A DNA stretch of 64,000 nucleotides. Origin: a virus. The position numbers and the translations under genes were made by a program. Below the pieces are notes generated by a model. The model did not search any database and was not told the DNA's origin. It saw only the letters and a list, made by a program, of their open reading frames with translations. The stretch is from positions 1 to 64,000 of IMG/VR virus record IMGVR_UViG_3300006923_000013. One strand, given 5' to 3'. The number at the start of each line of letters is the position of its first letter. The stretch's first letter is position 1. Shown in pieces: positions 36,976-48,800 of the stretch.

Positions 36976-39576
36976 TTAGGCAGGTTCAATATGCACATGT
37001 CCTCCATGAGATAGAACTTTATACCCTTTAGGCTCTAATTCTGCTTTAATAGATGCAATTAACGCTGGATCCTTTATATTAAAATCAATTGCTGATCCTA
37101 CTCTATGTTTGCTACTAACTGCGGCAGGACTTCCAGTATTTTTAAGAAACTTTTGAAGTGCTTCTGGCCTTCCCATAGAATTGACATTTATACTGGGAAC
37201 TCCATTTGCTTGCGCCCAACTGTCTACAGCAGTAAGTATAGCTTTTCCCTCATTTGATACATAAGGAGCACTTACCTTACCACTTTTAATATCTCCTTGA
37301 GTAGCTATGTTACTATCCCAATTAAGAGTTTTATAGGCAGAACTATCTACTTTAGTTAAATTATTAGCTTTACCCCACTTATCCATTTGTGCTGTATATG
37401 TGGCACCATCTATAGGAGTATTGTCTCCTTTACTGAGATCTAATCCAAAGTCATCGATTGCAAAAGCGTCACTTCCAAAGGAAGCAAGTCCTTGTTTTTC
37501 CATCGCCGCACTAAAATTATCATGTACTTGGGCCAAAGCTTGTTGTTTAACATCTGCAGGCCAGTCTGATTTTCTGATCTGATCGGCTCTACGTCCAAAA
37601 TGCTCTATTGCAGTAGTTAATTCACTAAATGATTTAACAAGTTGAGGATTCTTAGTTCGTGCGCTGGATGCAGTAATATTTAACTTATTTTTTATTACTT
37701 TTTCATTACCGTCTAACTCTAAATTTTTCAGTGCTAAAAGTGCAGAATTATGATAATTACTTACTGCCTCACCATTATCTCCTTTTGGCATCAGTCTATT
37801 AGCTTTCTTAAAGGCTGCATGCTCTATAGCAACACCCATTCTCTCCATTTTTGCATTGTATTCTGCCTGTTTTAAGAGCTCTGCCTGTCTTTTATCTACT
37901 GCATCTATATTACGTGCGTCTCTTTGTTTAGTGGTAGAATGTTTAAAGTCTCTGTCTTCTCTTGCTGTTCGATCACTTCCATTAGGAACTAATATTTGCA
38001 TAGAGTAAAGCTCTTCACCGTCACTTTTACCTTCAGATTTAACAAGTCCAAGAGTACTGGTAACTAGAGACCTTAGATTCCAGTCTCCTTCTAAAAATAA
38101 ATCTTCCCAATCACTGTGCTTAAGCCATGAACTGCTTCCACCAAAGAAAGCCGTAGCTTCAGTATCTGTAAAAAGAACTTTCGCCCTTGTATACAGTTTC
38201 CCATTGATCATAGTTGTATTATTTACATCTGGAATTTGAGTTTTAATGCGATGTCCTCCTAAAGAGCTTGTAAAGTTATGAATAAGTTTTGCGTGTCCGT
38301 CTGTTAAATCAGTTTCTTTTATATATGTTTCATAGAAGTCTGCTTTTCGTCCTTCTTCTATGTTTTCAAAAGGATCTATGCCAGAATCTAAATACTTTGC
38401 TTCTTCTTTTACACGAGCTATAAGTCGCTTCTCAGCAGCCGTTTTATTTCCCTTATCTGCAAGTAGTTCCATTACTGTACGAACATCTGCATCATCATAG
38501 AAATCTTCAAGCTCCATTCCAGCTAATCGTTGTGATTTTGCTTTATTAGCATCGTATCCTACATCTCCTTCATGGTAGGTTTCTCCATTTAAGGTATAAG
38601 GAAGATTATTAGCCTCTAACAAAGGTTCTATATATACCTTTGATCCTTGACCTAAATTCATAGGAGTAATTAAGATATCAGCTCCATTATGGTCTATTTT
38701 CTCAGGCTTTCCATGTACTAAAGCAAGGGACTCTGGACTCACTGTAACATGTGTTTCTCCCCCTGATATCAAAGGTTCATATATAGTTTCGTGTGTATAA
38801 CTTCTTGACGCTGCTACTGCTGCCGCCTCTTTTTCTTGTTGTTCTTCTAATGTCTCTGCTTGTGTTCCGCGATTAAGGTTCCAAACCTCTACAGCTTTGT
38901 TTTGGAGTTTATCGTGTGCAAACTTCTCCAGTGCAACGGGATCGTTTATATCTCCATCTTGATCAAAGAATGCTTGTACAACTCTAGGATCTTGAGCGAA
39001 GTTAGCTGCACCTTGAGCTGCTACCATTTGTAAGAACTTCAAATCCGTTGCAGATTCATCTGGTACATCATCGAAATACGCTTCTGCTGGATCATTTAAA
39101 GTTACTGTACCTATATTTCCTATTGAAAGTCTTCCAGTACCACCTAGATTATTAACGTCCTCTGCAAAGTTTCTATTAGTTCTAGGATCATTTTTACCAG
39201 CTAAGATATTAGCTTGTCTGGCCTTTTCTCCTGCTACTGCAAAATCAGCATTATATTGAATATCAGCAAGTCTTGGATCACTGGCTATTCGTCCTATTTC
39301 TTTTGTAAGACGTCCTGTACTTCCACTAAGATCCTGTTCAGACGCAGTTTTCATGTATTCATCGAATTCCGCCTGTTTTTGCTTTAAATATACTTCATCA
39401 TCAGAATTTGGAACGTAATCTATATCGAATAATTCGTCCTTAGCAGTCTGCAACTGTTCAACAGCTTTATCTTGTCTCCCTTGCTTATATTTCGCCGCAC
39501 TAAGTAGCTCTGCAAATGGATACTTATATGTATAATCGACAGAAGGGACCGAAGTAGTCTTATAGAATCTTCCCAT
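36976..39576 (-). CDS. Virion cargo protein (866 aa) with a C-terminal M15/LAS-type Zn peptidase (peptidoglycan hydrolase)
   Basis: SKHRVGSAIDF (H-x6-D) and GGHVHIE (HxH) in the last ~90 aa; no Cys. Confidence 0.82.
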   Translation of the reverse strand: MGRFYKTTSVPSVDYTYKYPFAELLSAAKYKQGRQDKAVEQLQTAKDELFDIDYVPNSDDEVYLKQKQAEFDEYMKTASEQDLSGSTGRLTKEIGRIASDPRLADIQYNADFAVAGEKARQANILAGKNDPRTNRNFAEDVNNLGGTGRLSIGNIGTVTLNDPAEAYFDDVPDESATDLKFLQMVAAQGAANFAQDPRVVQAFFDQDGDINDPVALEKFAHDKLQNKAVEVWNLNRGTQAETLEEQQEKEAAAVAASRSYTHETIYEPLISGGETHVTVSPESLALVHGKPEKIDHNGADILITPMNLGQGSKVYIEPLLEANNLPYTLNGETYHEGDVGYDANKAKSQRLAGMELEDFYDDADVRTVMELLADKGNKTAAEKRLIARVKEEAKYLDSGIDPFENIEEGRKADFYETYIKETDLTDGHAKLIHNFTSSLGGHRIKTQIPDVNNTTMINGKLYTRAKVLFTDTEATAFFGGSSSWLKHSDWEDLFLEGDWNLRSLVTSTLGLVKSEGKSDGEELYSMQILVPNGSDRTAREDRDFKHSTTKQRDARNIDAVDKRQAELLKQAEYNAKMERMGVAIEHAAFKKANRLMPKGDNGEAVSNYHNSALLALKNLELDGNEKVIKNKLNITASSARTKNPQLVKSFSELTTAIEHFGRRADQIRKSDWPADVKQQALAQVHDNFSAAMEKQGLASFGSDAFAIDDFGLDLSKGDNTPIDGATYTAQMDKWGKANNLTKVDSSAYKTLNWDSNIATQGDIKSGKVSAPYVSNEGKAILTAVDSWAQANGVPSINVNSMGRPEALQKFLKNTGSPAAVSSKHRVGSAIDFNIKDPALIASIKAELEPKGYKVLSHGGHVHIEPA

Positions 39577-39578
39577 AA

Positions 39579-42500
39579 TTATTGTCCTAGTAGTTTTTGA
39601 ATCATACCTCCTAAGAAGTATTCTTGTACTTGAGGATTAGGATTTTGTTGCATATTCCTCAATATCATTTGTATGTCGTTCTGTTGTCCTATTGGTTGAT
39701 TGAACCCTTGAGGCATTTGTCTTCTTTTAGCAAGTAAAGTAGCTAACGATTCTGGTTCTTGGCCACCAACTTCTCCACCGTCTTCCATAAGTCCACCTAA
39801 TAGTCCACTAAGCATACCACCTATTCCACCACCTCCACCATCTTCTTCTTTTTTATCTCCACCCCCAAGTAACCCACCAAGTAGTCCACCACCTTCTCCG
39901 CCACTAAGAGCTCCGAGTACAATAGGGGCCGCTTTAGCTAAAAGTGGCCAAAAGTACTCCTGCAATCCTGTATCGGGATTCGTAGTTCCAGAACCTCCCA
40001 TAGACTTTAGCATGTTCTTCTCTGCTTGATTAACATGAACAAGTTCAGTATCTCCAAATCTTCCTTTCTTCTTAAGATTTTCAACTGATGCTCCTCTTCT
40101 ATATCCTCGGATTGGTCCCCCATATCTTGATTTTTCCACTTCGTCTTTATTCTTAAATAGATTCATTAATGTACTTACCATATCTCCTTGTTCGCCTTTC
40201 TTAGTAAAGGTGCCGTTGGTCTCTTCGAATCCAGTTGCACTATTGGCTGCATTGGATAATTGAGTATTGGTAAAGGCTTGGTTCATAGCTTTAGCTTGGT
40301 CCAATCCTAATTTACCTGTTGTAACTGCATTTTGTCCTAAGGCAGTATAATAGTTATCGAGGTTCTGTAGTGTTCGTACAGCTTTTGTGTCCTCTCCTTG
40401 CATTTGTCTGGCTTCACTTTGATTCTGAAACTGTGCAAGTTTATTCTTTTGAGCTATACTCATTTGATCATAGCCTAACTGGGTCTTCAAGTCTGCTTTT
40501 TGTTTTTGAGTATACGCATTTTGTAATTGTGCATTACGTGTTCCTGCAGATGCACTTTGATTACCTAATATCTGTGCTTTAAGGTCAGAACCTATTGCAG
40601 ATAATGCTTGTTGCTTTTTAGCCTCTATAGTATCTAATCCTTGGTCTACAGTTCCTTCGGCTCTTTTCCCGAAGTTCCTAAAATGATTCAGTTCTGCTGG
40701 AGTAGCGGCTCTATTAGCTTCAGTTATAGCCGCAAGTTCAGGGCCTAACTTCTGTAATATATCCATACCAAATTGATCTCCTGGAGGCTGTTTACTTTGC
40801 CCTTTGCCCATCTGACCACCTATGTCTTTAAACATATCAAGTATATCCTCCTGTCTACTTCTTGTTGGAGGTTCAGATATAGTAAGCTCAGGTGGAAGTG
40901 TTTTTGGGCCTGGAGCTGATTTTGGTATACTTTTAGAGGGCACACCAGACATTCCTTTCGGAGTCATTGGTACCATATCTCGTATTTTACTTCCTTCTAA
41001 TGCAGCCGCATCTTTAAGTGTTCCTGGAATAAAACTAGGTAATGGAGCATATGGCATCTTCTCTATAGCTGGAGTGTCTACACTGGAAGTACTTCGAGGG
41101 TCTATAGGAGTAAAAGATGTTCTAGATCCTATATCCCTACCGTGTACAGCTTGCCCCGTACTCCAAGTCATTTGTTGTTCTTCCGACATAGATGCCCATA
41201 GTGCATTAGGATCTTTACCTATGGCTTCAGCATAAGAAATAAATTCTTCTGATGGATCTGTAATTACACTTGCTCCATCAGCATAGTTCATAATGCTATT
41301 TTTATGTCCTTGAGACAATGGTACTACCTTACCACCACGTTTGAATCCATTCTTAGTGATAGGCTTACCTTGCTGAAGCATCTCATCCATTTGAATCTGA
41401 TCTACTTGTTCTTGCTGCTCTTTAGCTTTCTTCTCCTCTACTATTTGATTCTTATGTGCATTTTCTTCTGTTTCCAGATCTCCAAGCCTCTTCCTAATAG
41501 TATTCATAGCAAAGAGGTCTCTCTTTACATCTGGATCTAACATCTTCTCTTCGAGCTTTGCAGCTTCTTTCTCTCGCCTTTCTTTCTGTTTAGTGTGTTT
41601 TCCTTTAGGATATATAAATGTCTCTCCTCCTTCTACCTCTATACCTTCACCACCTTCTGCTTCTATTTCCTGTTGTCCTTGTCCTTCTGCAGGTGTTACT
41701 ACAGCCATTCCACCATTATCATGTGATGGTCCCTGTAGTTTGGCATATCCTTCAAAGTTTTCGGGTATGATTAATCCACCATCAGGCCCTTGTTGCATAC
41801 CTCCTGCTGGTGCATTTGGTGCAATTTGTCGGTCTCGCATCTGAAGTGCTTCCAGATGATTGGTATTTTGGAAATCTGTTACTGGTCCCCCGTCTTCCAT
41901 GATTCCTCCTAAGAGTTCGCTTATCATGTCCATGCCAGGTATTTGCATGCCTCCACCTTTTCCGCCTTTGTCGCCTCCCATCATTCCTCCCATTCCTCCA
42001 GACAGCATTTGAGGAATCTGGGAAAGCATACCCATCATACCATTTCCTCTTCTTTCTTTTTGTTCATTATTACCTACAGATTTGAACATAGGATTAATAT
42101 CCTGACGTACAACCTGATTACTCTGAGGCCCAGAGCGTACTCCCATCTGCTGATTATTTTTTACTCCTTTTTCTATATAATGTTGAGTAAGATCTTTCTG
42201 TCGAGCTAACTCATTGGCTTTATTGTTTCTTCCTCCAAGACCTTGCATCAACTGCGGCAATTGTCCTATCATAGAATGTGGTCCTGGAACCTTATCCATC
42301 ATTCCACTACCCATACTGCCTCCTTGTCCCCCTCCCATACCAGGAAGACCCATTCCACCACTTTGTCCACCGCCTTGTCCAAGTCCACCGAGTATAGGAC
42401 CTAATATATCCATAATACCTCCCATACCACCATCTTGACCACTTACATCTGGGGGATTGTCTCCTGGAGTACCTCCTGGAGAAGTTGGAGGAAAACAACC

Positions 42501-42863
42501 TCCATACACACAGTCCACTTCTTCTCCCAGCCCATACTTAGGAATATTACCACCTTGCTCAAATGGTAGCTTAAAGTTACCAAGTCCGCCTCCACCTATT
42601 CCGCCAGGTAATTGCATACCTCCTCCTCCCATTCCTGGGAGATTCAATCCATTCATTTGTGGCATAGCACCCGCTATTCCGTTGCCACCGCCTCCTAGCA
42701 TACCCATAAGCTGCTCTAGTATTCCTCCCTTATTATCTGTATCGTCACGTACAAACTGATCAAAGCGCCCAGTTACCTGACCACCTTCATCATACTTATT
42801 TTCTTTTTTAAAGGTCTTAGCTAAGTAACTGTACTGCTTTTGACGTTTTTTTGAATGCTTCAT
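39579..42863 (-). CDS. Gly/Met/Gln-rich virion cargo/ejection protein (1094 aa)
   Basis: Follows the muzzle gene; GPSHDNGG...EAEGGE and GRFGDTELVHVN...NPDTGLQEYF motifs typical of podophage ejection proteins. Confidence 0.75.
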   Translation of the reverse strand: MKHSKKRQKQYSYLAKTFKKENKYDEGGQVTGRFDQFVRDDTDNKGGILEQLMGMLGGGGNGIAGAMPQMNGLNLPGMGGGGMQLPGGIGGGGLGNFKLPFEQGGNIPKYGLGEEVDCVYGGCFPPTSPGGTPGDNPPDVSGQDGGMGGIMDILGPILGGLGQGGGQSGGMGLPGMGGGQGGSMGSGMMDKVPGPHSMIGQLPQLMQGLGGRNNKANELARQKDLTQHYIEKGVKNNQQMGVRSGPQSNQVVRQDINPMFKSVGNNEQKERRGNGMMGMLSQIPQMLSGGMGGMMGGDKGGKGGGMQIPGMDMISELLGGIMEDGGPVTDFQNTNHLEALQMRDRQIAPNAPAGGMQQGPDGGLIIPENFEGYAKLQGPSHDNGGMAVVTPAEGQGQQEIEAEGGEGIEVEGGETFIYPKGKHTKQKERREKEAAKLEEKMLDPDVKRDLFAMNTIRKRLGDLETEENAHKNQIVEEKKAKEQQEQVDQIQMDEMLQQGKPITKNGFKRGGKVVPLSQGHKNSIMNYADGASVITDPSEEFISYAEAIGKDPNALWASMSEEQQMTWSTGQAVHGRDIGSRTSFTPIDPRSTSSVDTPAIEKMPYAPLPSFIPGTLKDAAALEGSKIRDMVPMTPKGMSGVPSKSIPKSAPGPKTLPPELTISEPPTRSRQEDILDMFKDIGGQMGKGQSKQPPGDQFGMDILQKLGPELAAITEANRAATPAELNHFRNFGKRAEGTVDQGLDTIEAKKQQALSAIGSDLKAQILGNQSASAGTRNAQLQNAYTQKQKADLKTQLGYDQMSIAQKNKLAQFQNQSEARQMQGEDTKAVRTLQNLDNYYTALGQNAVTTGKLGLDQAKAMNQAFTNTQLSNAANSATGFEETNGTFTKKGEQGDMVSTLMNLFKNKDEVEKSRYGGPIRGYRRGASVENLKKKGRFGDTELVHVNQAEKNMLKSMGGSGTTNPDTGLQEYFWPLLAKAAPIVLGALSGGEGGGLLGGLLGGGDKKEEDGGGGGIGGMLSGLLGGLMEDGGEVGGQEPESLATLLAKRRQMPQGFNQPIGQQNDIQMILRNMQQNPNPQVQEYFLGGMIQKLLGQ

Positions 42864-42864
42864 C

Positions 42865-45800
42865 TTATCTAGGACTTATCTGATTAATGCCGTATAGGAA
42901 ATTAGTTACAAGACGGTGCTTTCCAGGGGATGCTAAATTACTAAAAAACAACCTAATACCCAAATACTTATCCCTCATGCGTGCTTGCTCAAACCAGTCT
43001 TTAGTTTGAGACACTGCATTAGGGTTTATTACTTTATCTGTATAGTAACTTCCAGAGATATCTGACCATGCAGAGGTAAATAAAGAAGGAGGAGAAGCTA
43101 TATGTCTATCTATGGCAAGGTCTCTGAACCCATTCATCTTCCATGTTCTTTCCTTTCTATCTAATATGCATGAATTATAGTTCTCTGTAATAGAGGTCAC
43201 AGCCATATTTTGAATATCTGTATCTTTTACTACAAAATTCAAATAGTCTGTTATCTGATAACTGTTATATAGATACCCACTATCATGTGTGATGTATCTT
43301 GAGTCTACATATTGCTCTGTATCTACGTTGTACATAGATGCATCTGTCATAAACTGTAGATTCTCTGCTATTGTTACAGCAGAGGGCCCAAGTCCTGTTG
43401 CCATATCAATTGCGTGCGGATGAATGCATCCGTAAAATGATTGGTAATTATCATGCTTAGGAGCTATTGCGTGTTTCCAAGTAGTAAGCTGTGCACGCTC
43501 TGGTAGTACCTGATTCATTCCACTCAGGAAGAAATCCTTAGATGATACATAGTAATTAGGCATATAAGAGTGCCATGCTACCCAAGAACCTGCCATCATA
43601 GAATAACTCACTGTCCAACTCTTACACTCAAATATATCTGACATCTTCCCTGTCCATGTTGGGATAGGAGTATCATCATGGTGTAAGCGTCTAAGTTGAA
43701 GAGGTATAGTAACTTCTACATCTTCATCTATACATGATATACATGTTTGACTGTTTCCTAAGAGATTGTATTTACACTTAGTAATTACTTTATAGTCGGT
43801 ACTCATTAATTTATTACCCAGTGTACTAATGAATTCCTGAATTTCATTTAAAAATGCCCCAGTAGTAAAATCTGTAGAACTTCTTTTATCATATACTGCA
43901 CTAACTCCATAGGATCTCAACCCTGCGTCTGTATATCCTGTAGATACTGTAGCTGCAGTAAGGTCTATTATTTCTCCTGCTGGTACTCCAACTTGTGCTG
44001 AATTTCCAGCCTCATCGGGTTGGAGCGTCACAGGATGAATAGCAGAAGATAACGTTTCTGGACCATTAACTGCTGCAAATAAATGTTGAATGAATTGTTT
44101 ATTGGCTTGGGTAAGACCTGTTGTAGTCTCTGGTACAGGGTATATCAAAGCTTCAAATCTTCTGTTTGCCGAAGTATAAAAAGCATGTTTAAGCACAAAT
44201 GAATCAAAATCTGCTGTATACTCTGCAGTAGGTACTGTATTGGGGACCGATGTCCCATCATGATATCTAACACTTGCATCATTCTGCAGTACCACTGCTA
44301 AAGCTCCTGGCGATACGTAAGTTCCCCATACTTCTCCGTAATATGCTGGATCCTTCATTATAAATGAACTACCGCCTGGGACAGCTACAATATCTGCAAG
44401 TGATGTAGTAGTTCCCATAGCCAGTTTCATATATTCAAGCCATGCCTTCTCTGTAGTTATTCCTAAAGGAACGTGAAAATCTTTACCTTCCCAAAGTTCT
44501 AATACGCCTCCTACGGCTCTTTGCTCTTCTATCCATGTAAGTGCCTGTGCATTTATAGACTCTGCGGTTTCCCAGGTCATTCCCTGCATTCCATAGAAGA
44601 AGTATATGTCATCGTCTACACCAATAGGTCTCCCTTCTGTTATTGTATAGGTATGTGCACATACAGTATTACCCTCATCGTCTGTCTCCGCAGTTACTAC
44701 ATATGTAGAAGGAGATGCTGCTTTCAATTCTGCATCTTCTATACATTGACAGTCTTCACCTGCTCCGTGTAGTTCCCAACTTCCAGAGTCCTCTCCTATC
44801 TTGAGTGCCTGGTAGTACGCACTTGACGTATCTGTTGTATCAAAAGGCGCACGCAACAAATAATCACGTTTAGTGAATACCATCCTATTATGACGCCCAT
44901 CGTATGCAGCTATATATCCTGCACCTGCTGGATTTGCTGGATTATCTATTAAAGGAAAAGGAGCATCGTAAATCTCTTGATACTGGTTATATATTCCCAG
45001 TTCCATATTCTTTTGAGACCAATTCTTAATTCCCATAGCAGAGAGGTCTTTTGGAGACTTCTCTAGATTGAATATCTTCTTATGTCTAACATCAGGCCAA
45101 CTGACACCCATCGCATTGATCAATACTGCCCATTGAGATTGGGATCCTAAAAATCCCGTATCTCCTTCTACCAGCTCTTGGATCTCTTCACTAAAGAAAT
45201 CTCCCGTGCCTATATATACAGTAGAGGTATCGGTATTGAGAAGGTTACGTGCAGGTTCAACTCTCCATAATGATTCCTCTGTATTTACAAATAGACTATT
45301 TCTATATTGGAACATATTCCACACAACTCCACGGTGTGCAGGAATATCTCTATAGTTATTTGTAAGAAAATATTTATAATTATCTTTTTGCTCTTCTTGA
45401 AAAGACTGTTCCGAGTATGCTATCCTATATGGATGGGTTTCCTTACACTCGCTACAGAAGTCATACTGTATTGGAATGGCTGAGTATATATTAGAGTTAT
45501 TATACGCATTATAATCAGGATTCATTTTGAATGTCTGTGCGTCCTCTCCTTCTGATTCCGTGTCTTCGTTTAAAAAGGTAGGCCCTTCTTGTGAGCCTGA
45601 TCTAAAATAACCTGGTTCATCTACAAAACTTAGAGCTCCGTATGATGCTCCTCCTTCAAAGTGATAAGGATAGAACCATTTTCCTGGTTCTTGTGTTCCC
45701 AAGCGTAACTCTGTATTTATATAAGATTCTGTCCAGTACCAAGAGATATGATTAAATATACCGTGTCTCTTTTGGTGCCTTCCCTGTACATCTTCATAAA

Positions 45801-48800
45801 CTGTCTTATTAGGATGTGGGGGTAAATAAAGAGGAGCACTTGCGTACAGAACATTAGGATTTCCATATGAATCTCCCATTTGTGACCAGAATCGTTTCCT
45901 TTCTGTACAGTCGCTTTTTGCACCGCCGCTCTCTGCATCTTCTGCTTTTACTACTCTTCTAGCACATCTAGCATTAAATTGTGTATGCTTAAAAGCAAAT
46001 CTAGATACAAAAGAATTTCCACCAAATAAAGGACCTGTATTTATAGACTTATACGGATTATTCTGTTGTACCTTAATAACACATGTATGTGTAGGTAAAT
46101 ATACCAAACTGGATACATTACCATAGGCATTATATGCATTCTTTTTAAGTGATACATAATATGCAGTGATACGCCCTCGTTTATTTGTACCGTCATCCGA
46201 TTCGCAAAATTCCCCTGAAACGTTATCTTCCAATCTATCACATGTAGATAAAGAAAAAGAAGAGTCAAGTGGACATTGAAATTGATTAGTAGCTCCCCAT
46301 TCATTGTTTACAGTATTGCCTGCAACTGTAAAATGATTATTGAATCCTGGATTATTACCAGGATAAGGAACTCTGAACCATTCTTGTTCCCTATCAGAAT
46401 ACTCCTTAGACTTAAAGCTAATAGGCATACATTCCATAGCTGTATTGTTATCGAATGGAGCATCACCAAAAGTTTCTAAGAATACCTTCTCGAATGCCTC
46501 CACTTTAACAAAATCATCTACTCTTATATTAGATAATGGATATCCGTATATAGGATATGTTGTACTGTTCCATGCATCTCTAGGTTTAGGGCCATTACCT
46601 TCAGCAGTAGACACGATGCCTGCTGGATCGGGAGTAGCCCCCATATCGTACATAGTACGGACTCCATCATTGATATTACTGTATGGAACTACAGAATGCT
46701 GATACGATGCTCTGGAATATATATAAGTAGTTCCGTTATCGTCTCTTCCATTAATGGGATTACCGATCCCAGATCCTCCTGTATTATCATTGTGCAGATC
46801 ATAGTTACTTGGAATATCACTTGAGTCATATTCGTTTGTTTGTCCTGTAAGTCCTAATCCTACATAAGTGTCCGTAGATTGTCTATGTGCTCCCTCTATA
46901 CCATCATTATGACAGCAAGCAGTATTACATACTATATTCCAAGTGTATCCTATTAGGACACGTTCTACTTTAATATAGTCAACTCCTTCTATGGTTCCAA
47001 ATTTAGAAAGTGGACCATGATAGGACATACTTGCATTAGGATATACAATAATATCTGTATCATATCCTATATTGATTCCCTCTGGAGATTGGTCTCCGTC
47101 TGGACAACTATCGTTAGGATGAGCAGGTCTTCCCCACCCCCATGCGGCAGAAGGATATCCGTTGCCAAATTCAAACCAGTCAGAAGCAACTCTTGGTCGA
47201 GAAAGAGCATACAATGCAGAAGGAAGTGTGCCAAGTCCTAAACCAACTGTTATAAGGGGATCACGACCTTTAAACCACTTGTCCCATTGATTATTCTGAA
47301 CAAGCATATGGGTCAATGCAGATTTTTTCTTACTTTCATTTGTACAATTCAAGCAGCTTTCTGCTTCTCCTACCGTATTTCCTACTCCTCCTCCTATACC
47401 ATAAGACGCTACGAATCCTGATGAAATAGGATTACCAGATCCAAATAGACTACCAGATCCGAAAGTTATATCATATACAGAATGACCTGCAATAGAAGTT
47501 TGCCCGTCATCTCCGCCTCCAAAAAGAGATACTTCTGGAGTATCTCCAAAGCCTGCTATATTAACATCTCTATGCCCTCCATGCGCACAAGCAAAAGAAG
47601 ATATGTGTTTATTGAAATAATTACCCTGTTGCATCCAGGTACACGCACCAAAGAAAGGTCCTGAAGGTAAATTCTTACCGTGGAACATCTTAAATGCAAA
47701 ATGATTGTAATAAGCAATTCCCTTATCTATTACAGTTTTATCCTTAATCTCTTGTTTGGCCTGTACAATTTTGAATCCTTGCACAAGATGTGCGTATTCT
47801 TCTGGTGGCTTTACGTTTGTAGCTTCAAAACCCATAGATACTGTCTTGGGCCCGCTTGCTTCATAGACATATGAAGGAATATTATAAAATTCATCTATCT
47901 TTCCATTGGTTATATTCCTATCTCCGTACTGGTGGGGTTCAAGTGTGGTATCTGGAAATTTATGATGTCTGACCTTATCCATAGTAAAGGCAGCCAGTTT
48001 TAAATTTGTAACAGGCTGGAAATAAAACCCATTCCCTGTTCCATTATGCATCTGTTCCCAAGCATTGTCAATAGAGTCTTGCTCTACTGCTGTAATAGGA
48101 TCAAGTATACTGGTAGCTGGATTTCTTTTTGAGTAAGGATATACAGGAAGACCTTTACAATCTCTAGAGTCTGGGTATCTATCAGACCTACATTCGTAAT
48201 ATGCCATCTCACCTTTAGTGACATAGCTACCAGCAGCAGTGTCCGTGTACTGTTGTGTTCTAATAGCAGTATTGTATACTTCCCATCTTTCTATATCTCC
48301 AGTACCATCTATAGTATTATTAAGGTAATGGTGAGTATTTATATCTTTAGTATCTGCATAATTTGTACTTGATACTATTATACTTGTGTCCCATCCGTTC
48401 AAGGCTGGTGCTCTATTATGCTCTGCTTTAACTGCAGATACATAATTATTCGCAATAGGATTATTATAGTCTCCTTCTTGTATAAGAGCTCCGCCGTCTG
48501 CTCCTTCGTTTTTCTTTCTACCTGGTATGTGATAACCAAATGTCTCAGATCCGTCTTTAAATACCCAAACCACAGCAAGTGCTGCAATTTCATCTCGCAT
48601 ATGTGTACGATATGTAAAATAATATTCTCCAGACTGTACAGAATCTTTATTTGCATCTTCTGCTGATACCGTAGTAGTAGCGTAAGTTATTTGAATATCC
48701 TGGGCTGCCTTTTGAAATAGATCATGTTTTATCTCATTTTCAGATACGTTACCAAGTACAAGTCTGTTCTTGATCTGTGCTATTGTCTTAGCCTTTTGAT

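Noticed and set aside
41880-42720. CCT/CCA/CCC-rich repetitive DNA as a possible array or CRISPR
   Set aside because: Explained by Gly/Met codons of the cargo protein; no fixed-length repeat-spacer structure.
20618-48666. Many + strand ORFs of 60-150 aa inside the large - strand genes (e.g. 31364-31819, 33887-34336, 40822-41235)
   Set aside because: Antisense shadows of the real genes; Ser/Phe/Leu-rich with no motifs or translation signals.
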